Source: Anaeramoeba ignava BMAN
Lineage: Eukaryota; Protista; Anaeramoebae
Assembly: GCA_028826165.1 (NCBI GenBank)
Contig: JAPDFW010000073.1
Location: 62,001-126,000, forward strand
DNA: 64,000 nt
Direction: 5' to 3'
The position numbers and the translations under genes were made by a program. Below, piece after piece: positions 1 to 13,042 of the stretch. How positions within the stretch are numbered: the stretch's first letter is position 1; every line of letters begins with the position of its first letter. The notes under the pieces are model-generated. The model saw only the letters and a program-made list of their open reading frames with translations, made no database searches and was not told the origin of the DNA.

Positions 1-788
1 ATTGAAATAAATTGAAATAAAATTGAAATAAATTGAAATAAATTGTGAAAGAAATTGAAATAAATTGAAATAAATTGAAATAAATTGAAATTGAAATAAA
101 TTGAAATTGAAATTGAAATAAAATGAAAATGAAATTGAAATAAAATGAAATGAAATTGAAATAAAATTGAAATTGAAATAAATTGAAATAAAATTGAAAT
201 AAATTGAAATAAAATTGAAATAAATTGAAATGAAATTGAAATTGAAATTGAAATTGAAATTGAAATTGAAATAAATTGAAATAAAATTGAAATAAAATTG
301 AAATAAATTGAAATAAATTGAAATTGAATTAAATTGAAATAAATTGAAATAAAATTGAAATAAATTGAAATAAATTGAAATTGAAATAAATTGAAATAAA
401 TTGAAATAAATTGAAATAAATTGAAATAAATTGAAATAAATTGAAATAAATTGAAATTGAAATAAATTGAAATAAATTAAAATAAATTGAAATTGAAATT
501 GAAATAAATTGAAATAAAATTGAAATAAATTGAAATAAATTGAAATTGAAATAAATTGAAATTGAAATTAAAATTGAAATAAATTAAAATAAATTGAAAT
601 AAATTGAAATTGAAATTGAAATTGAAATAAATTGAAATTGAAATTGAAATTGAAATTGAAATTGAAATTGAAATAAATTGAATTGAAATAAATTGAAATT
701 GAAATAAAATTGAAATTAAAATAAAATTAAAATAAAAATGAAATTGAAATTAAATTAAAATTGAAATTGAAATTGAAAAAAAAAAAAG
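1..788 (+). repeat. Intronic microsatellite (ATTGAA / ATTGAAATAA variants) ending at a 3' splice site
   Basis: Degenerate 6-11 bp units for ~780 bp, then a poly-A run and AG at 787-788, followed by coding sequence. Confidence 0.9.
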
Positions 789-3700
789 AAAGAGTTTTAA
801 ATGATGATGAAAAACCTTTAGAACTTGGTCTAACTTTATCTTCTCAAGAACCAGATGAATGGAAATCATTCTTACATTTTAAAATTGCACGAAAAGATTT
901 GGTTTTATATTCTCAAAAAAAAATATATGAATTCATTTAAAATTTTAATTAAAAAATTTTTTTGTTAATTAAAAAGCTTACAGTAAAAATTTTTAGAAGA
1001 AATTCAAGTGAACCTTTAGCTTTTATTATCAATGAAAACTCTAATATTCAAAAACTTATTGAATTAATAGCATCAAAATTTCCAGTTGAAGATATTAAGA
1101 AAACTTTTATTCAAGAACAATTTGGAAATGAAAGTTTGAATTTCAATTTAAAATTTGAATTTAAAATTTAATTAAAATTTTTTAAACACAAAAAAAAAAG
1201 AACCTCAAATTATTGATAATCAAAAGAAAATTATTGATATAATTAAAGGATGGGGAGATAAATGTGAAAATTATAAATTTCTTTATAAAGATTCAAATCT
1301 TCAAATTAAAGTAAAAATTAAAATTAAAATTTAAATTAAAATTTAAAATTAAAATTATTTATAAAAAAAAAAAGGGAATGGAAGATTTCTTTTATAAATA
1401 TGAAAGTCAAAAAATTGAAGATGTTTCTTTTGATGAAATTAATAGAAATATTATGGATATTGTTGTTGAAGGAAATTCTTTTTATCTTAAAAATGAAGGT
1501 AAAAAAAAATTTATAAATATTAAAAATAATAAATATTAAATAAAAAAAATAATAAAATAGGATTTGTTGATGATACAAAAGGAAATTCAGAATTTATTCA
1601 TGATAATTTATCATTATTAGATCGAATTAAAAAAGTTGATTTCTTTTTTTTTTAAAAAAATTTATAAATTAAAAAATTAAAAAATTTAAATTATAAAAGG
1701 AAATGGATGATGAAGATAGTCAATTTTCAAAATATTTGCAAAGAAGTAAACAAATGATTGATAATAAAATTGATGCCTATCTTGAAATAGCTGTTGTAAG
1801 TTTATTTTTTTTTAAATGGAAAATTGAAAAGAATTTCCTTTTTATAAATGAAAATAATTATTAAAATTAATAAAAGCCAAAAGTAGCAAAAATATTGGAA
1901 TTAAAGGATGTCATGAGATAACAACTTTAGTGAATTCATTTGAATCAATGAAAGAAAAATATCGAAAGAAAAAGTTCAAGAATATGCAAGAAATGTGAAA
2001 GATTTAGATTCTTTATATATAGTATTAGAGTAGCTAAAAATCCAAGGAGGAATTATTGATTTAATAAAACAAGATCTTGGAGTTTATTTTTAATACCAAA
2101 AACGAATTAGAAATGGCAACAGTTGATTTAACAAAACAAACAGGAACTCGTAGATAATAATAATATTATTATTTTAATTATTTTAAAAAGAAATATTGAT
2201 TTGAAATTTTTGCTTTATAATAGTTTCATTTCTTTCAAATCCAATAAGAGAAGGTTTTCTGCTTAAGAAAAGCCGAACTTGGGGAAGAAAAATTATTATA
2301 TTTAGTTTTAACACCAAGATTTCTTCATTATTTCCACGTTCCAAAAATAAAGAAGATTCACTTGAAGAAATTTTACAATCAGGAAAACCTCATCAATCTT
2401 TACCTTTATCAATTATAAAAGTGCAAAGAACCGTTCTTGAACAGCAAACAACATCAAAAGAAACAAGTAAAGAACAAAAAGGAAGTTGAGGGGAAGAAAA
2501 GGATATTTCCATTGATTACACTTTTGATATCATTTATGATACAAATCGATACCATTTTGTTGCAGCTTCTGAATTTGAAATGAATGAATGGATTCGATTA
2601 ATTAATTTGATTAAATCAAGAGTCTCAGAGAAAAACAATACAAGTCCATCGCGTCAACCAAAACTGCAAATATGAATATTCAATTAATTATATTGGTGAG
2701 CAAGACGCGCAATCTCTGGATTATAAAGCGGAAGAAGGAACTTATCAAATCCAAATTGAAAGTTTTAATGATAAATGGATTTTCACAAAAAAATTTGTTG
2801 ATTTTATTGATTTGGGAGAAACTTTGAGGAAATTGCTCCCCATTTTTATTTTCCCAACAGTTCCAAAGAATTTTAGATTGGGAGGAGTTATTAGAAACAG
2901 AATATCAACTTTAGTTGGGAAAAAAGCAGAAGAGCCGCCAAAAAAAGAACAAAAATCAGGGAAAAAAGGTTTTTTCAAATCCATTTTTAAAGACAACAAA
3001 AAACCCAAGGTTGTATTGAATGAAACAGCAATTAGACTTGGAAATGATTTTATTTATTCCTTTTTGAATGAATTACTTGTTAATTTTAGAGTCAATCAAT
3101 TGCCTGAAGTTTTGGATTTTTTTGGAATTAATAATATTTTTTTGGCAATCAAACAAAACAATCTTGACTTTGTTAAATATTTAACAATCAATGATACACT
3201 TTATACATTATCAAGAAAACAAACTGGGAAAACACCAATTCATTTTGCTGCAAAACTAAGATTGGATTTACTTAAAGTTATTATTGAAAATATTGATGAT
3301 ATGAAAAAAAACAAAAGTTTGGATATTGATTTTGATTTGGATATTTGTCATGTGAATTCCAAAGATCAAGATGGAACAACAATATTATTGCAATCAGTAT
3401 ATGATTTAAGGAAGGATGTTTTTGATTGTTTAATTGATAGAGAAGATATAAAAGTTGATATTGCTGATAATAATGGTTAATTTTTTTTTTAAAAAAAAAA
3501 AGCAAAAAGAAATTTTAAAATTGAAAAATTATTTTTTATATATATATAAAAAAAAAGGTTTTACTCCTTTTCTTGCTTCTTTCAAAAAAAACTTATTGGA
3601 TTTTTCAAAAAAATTGGTTGAAAAAATTGTGATATTAATTGTCAGGATGAAGAAACAAAAAACTCAGCTCTTCATTATGCATTTATAAATGGAAATATTG

Positions 3701-5796
3701 AAGGAGTAAATTTTTTGATTCACAGAGGAATTGATCTTGATTTGCAAGATAAATATGGAAGAACAGTATTGATGCTAGCAGTAACATCAAAAAGAGACGA
3801 TGTGATAAACAAACTGCTTGAATCAGAAGCAAATGTGAATATTCAAAATAACAATTTTAAAACAGCGCTTCATTATTGTGTTGAGCAAAATAATATAAAC
3901 TTAACTAACGAAATGCTTCAAAAAGAAGGCGATCCAAATATTGAGGATGAAAACAAGGAAACTTGCCTTCATTTTGCAGTTATGAATAGAAATTTGAAGA
4001 TGATTGAGCTGCTTCTTGATCATAAAGCATCACCCAACAAGCAAAACATCAACGGAATGACACCACTTCATCTTGCAATCACACAAGAAATTAAAAAACA
4101 AGTTCAAATCATGGAATTGGATTCAAATCAAAATGATGTTCAAAAACAAGCTTCATCACTTGAAATTATAAAGCTGCTAATTGAAAAGGGGAGCGCAATT
4201 GTGGACACACAAAATGCAGAAGGAAACTATCCTATTCATTCATGTGTAATTCGGAAAGACATGGATTTACTAACATATTTACTTCAGAATAAAGCAAACA
4301 TCAATGCGGGAGATAGGGACGGAAGAACCCCACTTCATCTCGCAGCGTTGTCTTCAAACAACAGAATAATCGAACTTTTGGTGTCTTTTAATTCCGTTGT
4401 TGATATCTCTGACATTACTGATGTTGGCAGTTCACCTATTCATTTAGCTGCTGAAAATAATAATATTGAAGGAATTATGTTTTTACTCAGAAATGGATCA
4501 TCAATTAATTGTCTTAGACAAGATAGAAAATCACCTTTGCATCTTGCTGCAAAGAATGGCTTTAATGATCTTGTTTCTTTATTAGCTGAAAATGGAGCTG
4601 ATGTTAATCTTCAAGATTTTGATGGGAATACACCTCTTCATCTTAGTCTTAAAAGCAATCATGAAAGAACTTCTGCTTTAATTGCACAAAGTGGAGGTTA
4701 TTTGAATATGATTAATAATAAAGGTCAATCACCTTTACAATTAGCTAAGAATTCTAAAATTAAAAAAATGATTAAGGAAGCAAGTGAAAGATTTGCGAGT
4801 CAAGGTTTAACAAAACGAGGAACAATTCCTAATAGTAAAAACCAATTAAAATTAAAATTCATTTATAAAATTCATTTATAAAATTCATTTATAAAATTCA
4901 TTTATAAAATTCATTTATAAAATTAAAATAAAATTCAAATTAAAATTCATTTATAAAATCAAAATTAAAATTAAAATTAAAATCAAAATTAAATTCATTT
5001 ATAAAATTAAAATTAAAATTAAAATTAAAATTAAATTAAATTTAAAATTCATTTATAAAATTAAAATTAAAATTAAAATTAAAATTAAAATTAAAATTAA
5101 AATTAAAATTAAAATTAAAATTAAAATTAAAATTAAAATTAAAATTAAAATTAAAATTAAAATTAAAATTAAAATTAAAATCAAAATCAAAATTAAATTC
5201 ATTTATAAAATTCATTTATAAAATTAAAATTAAAATTAAAATTAAAATTAAAATTAAAATTAAAATTAAAATTAAAATTCATTTATAAAATTAAATTCAA
5301 AATTAAAATTAAAATTAAAATTAAAATTTAAATTCAAAAATATTTAGTTGTTACAGATATTAGAACTCCAGAATCTTCTATAGAATCTCATGATAAAAGA
5401 AAATCATTTAATCCAATGGGTGGTTTAGCTCTTGAAAAATTAAAATCTGCTAAATCAGCAGTTGATGCTCATGGTTTAATTCCAGAATATCTTAAAATTG
5501 TTTTCCATCTTAATGATAAAGCTGATGATTTTAAATCAAGAATTTCTACAAGAATTAATTTTGAATCTTCAGAAATTGAAAATGTTAAAGATATTTTAAT
5601 TTTTGCAAAAAAGAAAATTAAATTTGATCCTGAAAATGATGATCTTGATTCTTTTACAATTCTTTATGAAGATGAATCAAAAGAATATATTATTATTGAT
5701 TTTGAAACAAAACTTGAAGAAATTTTTAAATTTGGAAAATTAATTCATATTTTTCATAAAGAAGACTTTTTAAAATTATTTGGTTTATTTAAATGA
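789..5796 (+). CDS. Multi-exon signalling scaffold, 5' partial: RA/ubiquitin-like, helical region, PH, PX, ankyrin repeats, C-terminal PB1-like domain
   Basis: RVLNDDEKPLELG (RA-like, ~790); IREGFLLKKSRTWG..LVLTPRFLHYF and SEFEMNEWIRLI (PH, ~2245-2620); YQIQIESFNDKWIFTKKFVDFIDLGETLRKLLPIFIFPTVPK (PX-like); many G.TPLHLA ankyrin repeats (3220-4750); FTILYEDESKEYIII (PB1-like). Short GT-AG introns plus an (AAAATT)n intron at ~4834-5347; a few apparent frameshifts. Confidence 0.8.
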
Positions 5797-5868
5797 AAAA
5801 ATTTCAAGAAATCTTTTTTTCATTTTTTTCATTTTTATCTTTCCAAAAAAATTAAAAAATAAAAGAAA

Positions 5869-7651
5869 ATGAATGAAATTATATTTTTTGGAAGAAATGA
5901 AAAACCAAAACTTATCAAAAATGAAACAGAAAAAATAACAAAACCAATTCAATTTAAATTTAAAATGAAAATGAAAATGAAAATGAAAATGAAAAACAAA
6001 TTAAACAAATTTCAACAGGAGAATTTGCAACAATTTTCCTTTTTAAAAATGGAAAAGCAATAGAATATTTAAAAGAAAATGATTCAAATCAAAATCCTTC
6101 AAAAATCCAAATTGAAGAAAATATTCAAAAAGTAACTGTTGGTTATGATAATGAAGCTATTTTAACAATAGAAGGAAATGTATTTGCCAAAGGAAAAGAT
6201 ATTAATCCAAAAATCCAAATAAATTTATCAATATTTCATCATTAATTGAAGATACAAATGATAGAATAATTGAAGATATTGTTTCTAGTGCTGATTCAAT
6301 TTACTTATTAACTTCAAATCAAAATGTTTATGGAATTGGCTCAAATGTATTTGGTCAACTTGGTTTTGATTCTAAAACACTTGAAAAAACAGAAAAACCA
6401 ATTTTAATGATGAAAAATGTTTCTAAAATATTTTCAGGAACTTCTTCTCTTCATGTTTTTCTTTTAAATTCAAATCAAGAATTATTTGGATGCGGATTTA
6501 ATGTAAATGGTCAGCTTGGATTAGGAAAATCGTTATATGAGACAAAATTCGATAAATTAACCAAAATCCAAAATATTCCAAAAGGTAAAATAATTGATAT
6601 TAAATGTGGATTTAATCATTCAATAATGTTGATTGAAAATGAAAATGAAAATGAAAATCCAAAAAGAAAACTTTATTCATGTGGGTATTATCGATATAAT
6701 GGACTTGGCAAAACTAAAGATACTTATAAATTTACTGAAATCAAATCATCTTTATTTGAAAATGATGATGATAATATTATTGATTTTTCTATTGGTTATT
6801 ATCATACTTTGATTTTAACTTCCAATTCGAAATTAATTGTATTTGGAGATAATGATTTTGGTCAATTAGGAATTGGAGATATAATTAAACAATTAATTCC
6901 AATTCAAATTGAACTTCCTAAATTAAGATTTAATGAAAATATTTCCAATTATCATATCTCTTGTGGATATTCTAAATCATTTATTTATTATTATTCTTCT
7001 TTTTCCAATCTTGAAGAAGATTTGATAAAATTATTTGAAAGAAAAGAATTTTGTGATATTTCATTTAAAACAGAAAATGGAGAAATAATCTCAGCTCATA
7101 AATTAATATTGAAATATAGATTAAATCAAAATCAAAATGAAATTGAAAAACTTCAAGAAATTATTTCAAAAAAATCAATTAAAGAATCAAATCAAATATT
7201 TGAAATGATTTATTCAAACAATTCCATAATAAATCCAAAATTATATTCTGAAATTAAAGAAATTATAAATTCAAATGAAAAAATTGAAGAAACAATGAAA
7301 AGAATTTATTTAAATGAAAATGAAAATGAAAAAGATTTTATAATTGAAAGAAAAGAAAAACAATATAAATTTCCAAAATTAATATTAATAATGAGAAGTG
7401 AATTATATCGAGGAATGTTTTTATCTGTAACTGAAGATAAATCTAATAAAGTTACAGATTATAGTGAATTAAGTAATAAATCATTTCAAATATTTGAATA
7501 TTGGATTTATTCAAATCAAATCAAAGATGAAATTGAAATTACTCAAGAAATCCTTAATGAAATTCAAATAGGAATTGATTATTTTCAATTAAATCAAACA
7601 AATCCAAATTTATTTGATTTATTAATTAACAAATTTAATAATCAAAATTAA
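5869..7651 (+). CDS. RCC1-repeat + BTB protein, copy 1 (two apparent 1-nt frameshifts near 5963 and 6210)
   Basis: G.N..GQLG and CG..HS/T RCC1 motifs; FCDISF..AHKLIL BTB motif; collinear with the intact copies at 7895 and 13043. Confidence 0.85.
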
Positions 7652-7860
7652 AATTAAAATTAAAATCAAAATTAAAATTAAAATTAAAATTAAAATTAAA
7701 ATTAAAATTAAAATTAAAATTAAAATCAAAATTAAAATTAAAATTAAAATTAAAATCAAAATTAAAATTAAAATTAAAATCAAAATTAAAATCAAAATTA
7801 AAATTAAAATTAAAATTAAAATCAAAATTAAAATTAAAATCAAAATTAAAATTAAAAATC
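7652..7860 (+). repeat. (AAAATT/AAAATC)n tail after RCC1-BTB copy 1
   Basis: Hexamer array starting at the stop codon. Confidence 0.95.
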
Positions 7861-7894
7861 CAAAAATCATTTTTTCATTTTTTTCTTTTCAAAA

Positions 7895-9670
7895 ATGAAT
7901 GATTGTTTATTTTTTGGTTTAAATCAATATCCAATTCTTATCAAAAATGAAACAGATACAATAACAAAACCAATTCAATTTAAATTTGAAAATGAAAATG
8001 AAAATGAAAATGAAAATGAAAAACAAATTAAACAAATTTCAACAGGAGAATTTGCAACAATTTTCCTTTTTAAAAATGGAAAAGCAATAGAATATTTAAA
8101 TGAAAATGATTCAAATCAAAATCCTGAAAAAATCCAAATTGAAAATATTCAAAAAGTAACTGTTGGTTGGCAAAATGAAGCTATTTTAACAATAGAAGGA
8201 AATGTATTTGCAAAAGGTGAAGATATTAATACAAAAAATCCAAATAAATTTATCAATATTTCATCATTAATTGAAGATACAAATGATAGAATAATTGAAG
8301 ATATTGTTTCTAGTGCTGATTCAATTTACTTATTAACTTCAAATCAAAATGCTTATGGAATTGGTTTAAATGTATTTGGTCAACTTGGATTTGATTCTGA
8401 AACACTTAAAAAAACAGAAAAACCAATTTTAATGATGAAAAATGTTTCTAAAATATTTTCGGGAAATACTTCAAATCATGTTTTTCTTTTAAATTCAAAT
8501 CAAGAATTATTTGGATGCGGATTTAATCAATATGGTCAACTTGGATTAGGAGAATCAAGAAAAAAAGAAACACTAATCCAAAAATTAACCAAAATCCAAA
8601 ATATTCCAAAAGGTAAAATAATTGATATTCAATGTGGATTTAATCATTCAATAATGTTGATTGAAAATGAAAATGAAAATGAAAATCCAAAAAGAAAACT
8701 TTATTCATGTGGATATTCTGGATTTAATGGACTTGGCAAAGATGAAAATACTTATGAATTTACTGAAATCGAATCATCTTTATTTGAAAATGATTATATT
8801 ATTCTTGATTTTTCTATTGGTTATTATCATACTTTGATTTTAACTTCCAATTCGAAATTTATTGTATTTGGACATAATGAATTTGGTCAATTAGGAACTG
8901 GAAATACAAAAGATCAATCAATTCCTATTCAAATTGAACTTCCTAAATTAAGATTTAATGAAAATATTTCCAATTATCATCTTTCTTGTGGATTTAGTAA
9001 TTCATTTCTTTATTATTCTTCTTCTTTTTCCAATCTTGAAGAAGATTTGATAAAATTATTTGAAAGAAAAGAATTTTGTGATATTTCATTTAAAACAGAA
9101 AATGGAGAAATAATCAAAGCTCATAAATTAATATTGAAATATAGATTAAATCAAAATCAAAATCAAATTGAAAAACTTCAAGAAATTATTTCAAAAAAAT
9201 CAATTAAAGAATCAAATCAAATATTTGAAATGATTTATTCAAACAATTCCATAATAAATCCAAAATTATATTTTGAAATTAAAGAAATTATAAATTCAAA
9301 TGAAAAAATTGAAGAAACAATGAAAAGAATTTATTTAAATGAAAATGAAAATGAAAAAGATTTTATAATTGAAAGAAAAGAAAAACAATATAAATTTCCC
9401 AAATTAATATTAATAATGAGAAGTGAATTATATCGAGGAATGTTTTTATCTGTAACTGAAGATAAATCTAATAAAGTTACAGATTATAGTGAATTAAGTA
9501 ATAAATCATTTCAAATATTTGAATATTGGATTTATTCAAATCAAATTAAAGATGAAATTCAAATTACACAAGAAATAATTAATGAAATTCAAATAGGAAT
9601 TGATTATTTTCAATTAAATCAAACAAATCCAAATTTATTTGATTTATTAATTAACAAATTTAATAATTAA
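7895..9670 (+). CDS. RCC1-repeat + BTB protein, copy 2 (591 aa, intact, intronless)
   Basis: Complete ORF with RCC1 repeats and two BTB-like segments (FCDISF.., KDFII..LILIMRSELYRGMF). Confidence 0.92.
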   Translation: MNDCLFFGLNQYPILIKNETDTITKPIQFKFENENENENENEKQIKQISTGEFATIFLFKNGKAIEYLNENDSNQNPEKIQIENIQKVTVGWQNEAILTIEGNVFAKGEDINTKNPNKFINISSLIEDTNDRIIEDIVSSADSIYLLTSNQNAYGIGLNVFGQLGFDSETLKKTEKPILMMKNVSKIFSGNTSNHVFLLNSNQELFGCGFNQYGQLGLGESRKKETLIQKLTKIQNIPKGKIIDIQCGFNHSIMLIENENENENPKRKLYSCGYSGFNGLGKDENTYEFTEIESSLFENDYIILDFSIGYYHTLILTSNSKFIVFGHNEFGQLGTGNTKDQSIPIQIELPKLRFNENISNYHLSCGFSNSFLYYSSSFSNLEEDLIKLFERKEFCDISFKTENGEIIKAHKLILKYRLNQNQNQIEKLQEIISKKSIKESNQIFEMIYSNNSIINPKLYFEIKEIINSNEKIEETMKRIYLNENENEKDFIIERKEKQYKFPKLILIMRSELYRGMFLSVTEDKSNKVTDYSELSNKSFQIFEYWIYSNQIKDEIQITQEIINEIQIGIDYFQLNQTNPNLFDLLINKFNN

Positions 9671-9878
9671 AATTAAAATCAAAATTAAAATTAAAATCAA
9701 AATTAAAATTAAAATTAAAATTAAAATTAAAATTAAAATTAAAATTAAAATTAAAATTAAAATTAAAATTTAAATTTAAATTAAAATCAAAATCAAAATC
9801 AAAATCAAAATCAAAATTAAAATTAAAATTAAAATCAAAATTAAAATTAAAATTAAAATTAAAATTAAAATTAAAATT
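9671..9878 (+). repeat. (AAAATT/AAAATC)n tail after copy 2
   Basis: Hexamer array starting at the stop codon. Confidence 0.95.
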
Positions 9879-9925
9879 CCAAAAAATTTATTTTCATTTT
9901 TTTCTTTTTCCATTTTTTTGTTTTG

Positions 9926-11519
9926 ATGTTTCAGTTTAATAATCTTCATCAACCAAGAAATTTGAAAATTGTTATTTTAATTCTGTTTTTATTTCTTTTG
10001 TTCAACTTTTTTTATTTGCACAATTTTAGTTTTTTTTCAAGTAAATTTGAATGAAATTTTTGAAAATTCCAAAAAAAAAAAAAAAAAAAAAAGAAGAATG
10101 TTTTTTTTATCATTAAATTTATTATAATTAAAAGAATCAAAAGAAGAAATTAGGGATCTTAAAAAAAAATTAGATGAAAAAAATATAGAATTAGAATCAA
10201 AAAAGAAAGAGATTGAAATTTTAAAACTAAGAATTTTTGAAGTTGAAGAAGAATTCCTTGATTTATTAGAAAAATATGAAGAAAAGGAAGAAAAGAAAAG
10301 AAATTTGCAATATTTTTTAACAAATCCAGATTTTCAATTTGATTATCTTTATGAAAATTATCAAAATCCATTTTTATCTCAAGATGAAAAAGATTTAAAA
10401 TTTTATGAAGAGCCAAATAAAGGAAAAAAAGCAACAATTAAGAAAATAACAACAACGAACAACCAAATTGATTATCAGATAAATTATCCACCTTTTATTT
10501 TAGATGCTCCACATTTTTTGGATCAACGAAGTTTTGATAAATTTATGTATTTGGAAAAAAAAAGATATAATCAAGTGATTGATAAAAAAAAAAGGAAATT
10601 GCATTTTGATTTTGATGAGATGAGTGTTGGAACTTTATCTTTTCTTCGTGATTTTAGTTTTTCCTGGGCTCCTTCATGCAATCCATATGCAAAATTAAGT
10701 GATTTCCAACCAGCAAATGGAAATACTCTTAATTTTGAAAAACTTTTGATTATAAACAGTGATTGGATTTGGCAATTCCAACATTGGATCGATCATTTTG
10801 GATGCTTGATAATGGATTTAAGACCACTTATAAAGGATAAAGGATGGACTATTTTTGTTCAATATCCAAGTGACGAAATTCTTCTTCAACTTTTTGATTT
10901 TATTAAAAAGGATCTTAATGTGAATATTGTTTATCAAAGTGATTCATATTCAATTCATGCTGAATATGCGCTTTTTCCTTGCACACTTCCAAAAGAAAAC
11001 CCAAGGAAATTTCTTGATCTCAAGCATTTCTTGTTAAAATCAATTTTGGAAACGGATCATTTTCAAGAATATCAAGATCCAAATCCGGAAAAAATTATAT
11101 ACTTGCCAAGAGTGAATAATTTGAATGGAAGAAATATTGTGAATAGTGAAGAAGTTGTGGATTATTTGAAAAATCGATATGGAGAAAATTTAGTCATATT
11201 TTCTCACAAAGAATATCCAGATTTGAAAGACTTGGTTCAATTGTTTTCAAGCGCAAAAGTTGTCGTTGGATTGCATGGAGGCGCTTTTTATAATATAATA
11301 TTTAGTTTATCTCATCCTGTTGTGATTGAATTTCATCAACCAAAATTTGGAGTTGCTGATGCTTCCATTTATTGGATTTCTCATACAACTGGTTCTGAAT
11401 ACTGGAGGTTGTTCTCAAAACAAAAAGATTTGGATTCAGTTATTGATTTGATTGCTTTAGAACAAGTCTTAAATCTTGCTCTTAAAGGAAAATTATCATA
11501 CAATTTGATCATAAATTAA
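9926..11519 (+). CDS. Type II membrane glycosyltransferase, family GT61 (DUF563-like)
   Basis: ATG at 9926 followed by a hydrophobic anchor; a phase-1 intron at 10041-10134 joins in frame to the 10305 ORF; motifs FQHWID, IIYLPR..RNIVNSEEV, QLFSSAKVVVGLHGGAFYNIIF..VIEF. Confidence 0.85.
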
Positions 11520-11594
11520 AACAAATTTTTCATTTTTTCATTTTTTTCTTTTTTTCATTTTTATCTTTCCAAAAAAATTAAAAAATAAAAGAAA

Positions 11595-12761
11595 ATGAAT
11601 GAAATTATATTTTTTGGAAGAAATGAAAATCCAAAACTTATCAAAAATGAACTAAATATAATAAGAAAACCAATTCAATTTAAATTTGAAAATGAAAATG
11701 AAAATGAAAAACAAATTAAACAAATTGCACCAAGAAATTATTCAATAATTTTCCTTTTTGAAAATGGAAAAGCAATAGAATATTTAAATGAAAATGATTC
11801 AAATCAAAAACCTGAAAAAATCCAAATTGAAAATATTCAAAAAGTATCTGTTGGTTTTCAAAATGAAGCTATTTTAACAATAGAAGGAAATGTATTTGCA
11901 AAAGGATTTAATATTAATCCAAGAAATTCAGATGAATTTATCAATATTTCATCATTAATTGAAGATAAAAATGATAGAATAATTCAAGATGTTGTTTGTT
12001 CAAGAAATTCAATTTACTTGTTAACTTCAAATCAAAATGCTTATGGAATTGGTTTAAATGTATTTGGTCAACTTGGATTTGATTCTAAAACACTTAAAAA
12101 AACACAAAAACCAATTTTAATTATGAAAAATGTTTCTAAAATATTTTCAGGAAATTCTTCAAATCATGTTTTTCTTTTAAATTCAAATCAAGAATTATTT
12201 GGATGCGGATCTAATAGATGTGGTCAACTTGGATTAGGAGAATCAATAAAAGAAACACTAATCCAAAAATTAACCAAAATTCAAAATATTCCAAAAGGTA
12301 AAATAATTGATATTCAATGTGGATTTAATCATTCAATAATGTTGATTGAAGATGAAAATCAAAATCCAAAAAGAAAACTTTATTTATGTGGAGATTATAA
12401 ATATAATCAACCTTTTCAAAAAGAAAATACTTATGAATTTACTGAAATCAAATCATCTTTATTTGAAAATGATGATATTATTGATTTTTCTGTTGGAGGT
12501 GCTCATAATTTGATTTTAACTTCTAATTCAAAATTGATTGGATTTGGAATTAATGATTATGGCCAATTAGGAACTGGAAATATAATTAAACAATTAATTC
12601 CAATTCAAATTGAACTTCCTAAATTAAGATTTAATGAAGAAATTTCTAATTATCATCTTTCTTGTGGTTTTTCAAAATCATTTCTTTATTATTCTCCTCC
12701 TTCTTTTTCCAATCTTGAAGAAGATTTGATAAAATCAAAATTAAATCAAAATCAAAATTAA
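11595..12761 (+). CDS. RCC1-repeat protein, copy 3, lacking BTB (388 aa)
   Basis: Paralogue of the other copies up to SNLEEDLIK, then runs directly into the (AAAATC/T)n tail. Confidence 0.88.
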   Translation: MNEIIFFGRNENPKLIKNELNIIRKPIQFKFENENENEKQIKQIAPRNYSIIFLFENGKAIEYLNENDSNQKPEKIQIENIQKVSVGFQNEAILTIEGNVFAKGFNINPRNSDEFINISSLIEDKNDRIIQDVVCSRNSIYLLTSNQNAYGIGLNVFGQLGFDSKTLKKTQKPILIMKNVSKIFSGNSSNHVFLLNSNQELFGCGSNRCGQLGLGESIKETLIQKLTKIQNIPKGKIIDIQCGFNHSIMLIEDENQNPKRKLYLCGDYKYNQPFQKENTYEFTEIKSSLFENDDIIDFSVGGAHNLILTSNSKLIGFGINDYGQLGTGNIIKQLIPIQIELPKLRFNEEISNYHLSCGFSKSFLYYSPPSFSNLEEDLIKSKLNQNQN

Positions 12762-13008
12762 AATCAAAATTAAAATTTAAATTTAAAATCAAAATTAAAA
12801 TTAAAATTAAAATCAAAATTAAAATTAAAATTAAAATTAAAATTAAAATTAAAATCAAAATCAAAATCAAAATTAAAATTAAAATTAAAATTAAAAATTA
12901 AAATCAAAATTAAAATTAAAATCAAAATTAAAAATAAAATTAAAATTAAAACCAAAATCAAAATTAAAATTAAAATCAAAATCAAAATTAAAATTAAAAT
13001 TAAAAATC
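12762..13008 (+). repeat. (AAAATT/AAAATC)n tail after copy 3
   Basis: Hexamer array. Confidence 0.95.
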
Positions 13009-13042
13009 CAAAATTCATTTTTTCATTTTTTTCTTTTTAAAA

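Noticed and set aside
1-780. Telomeric repeat at the window start
   Set aside because: The units are heterogeneous and G-poor, and they end in a 3' splice site followed by an internal exon.
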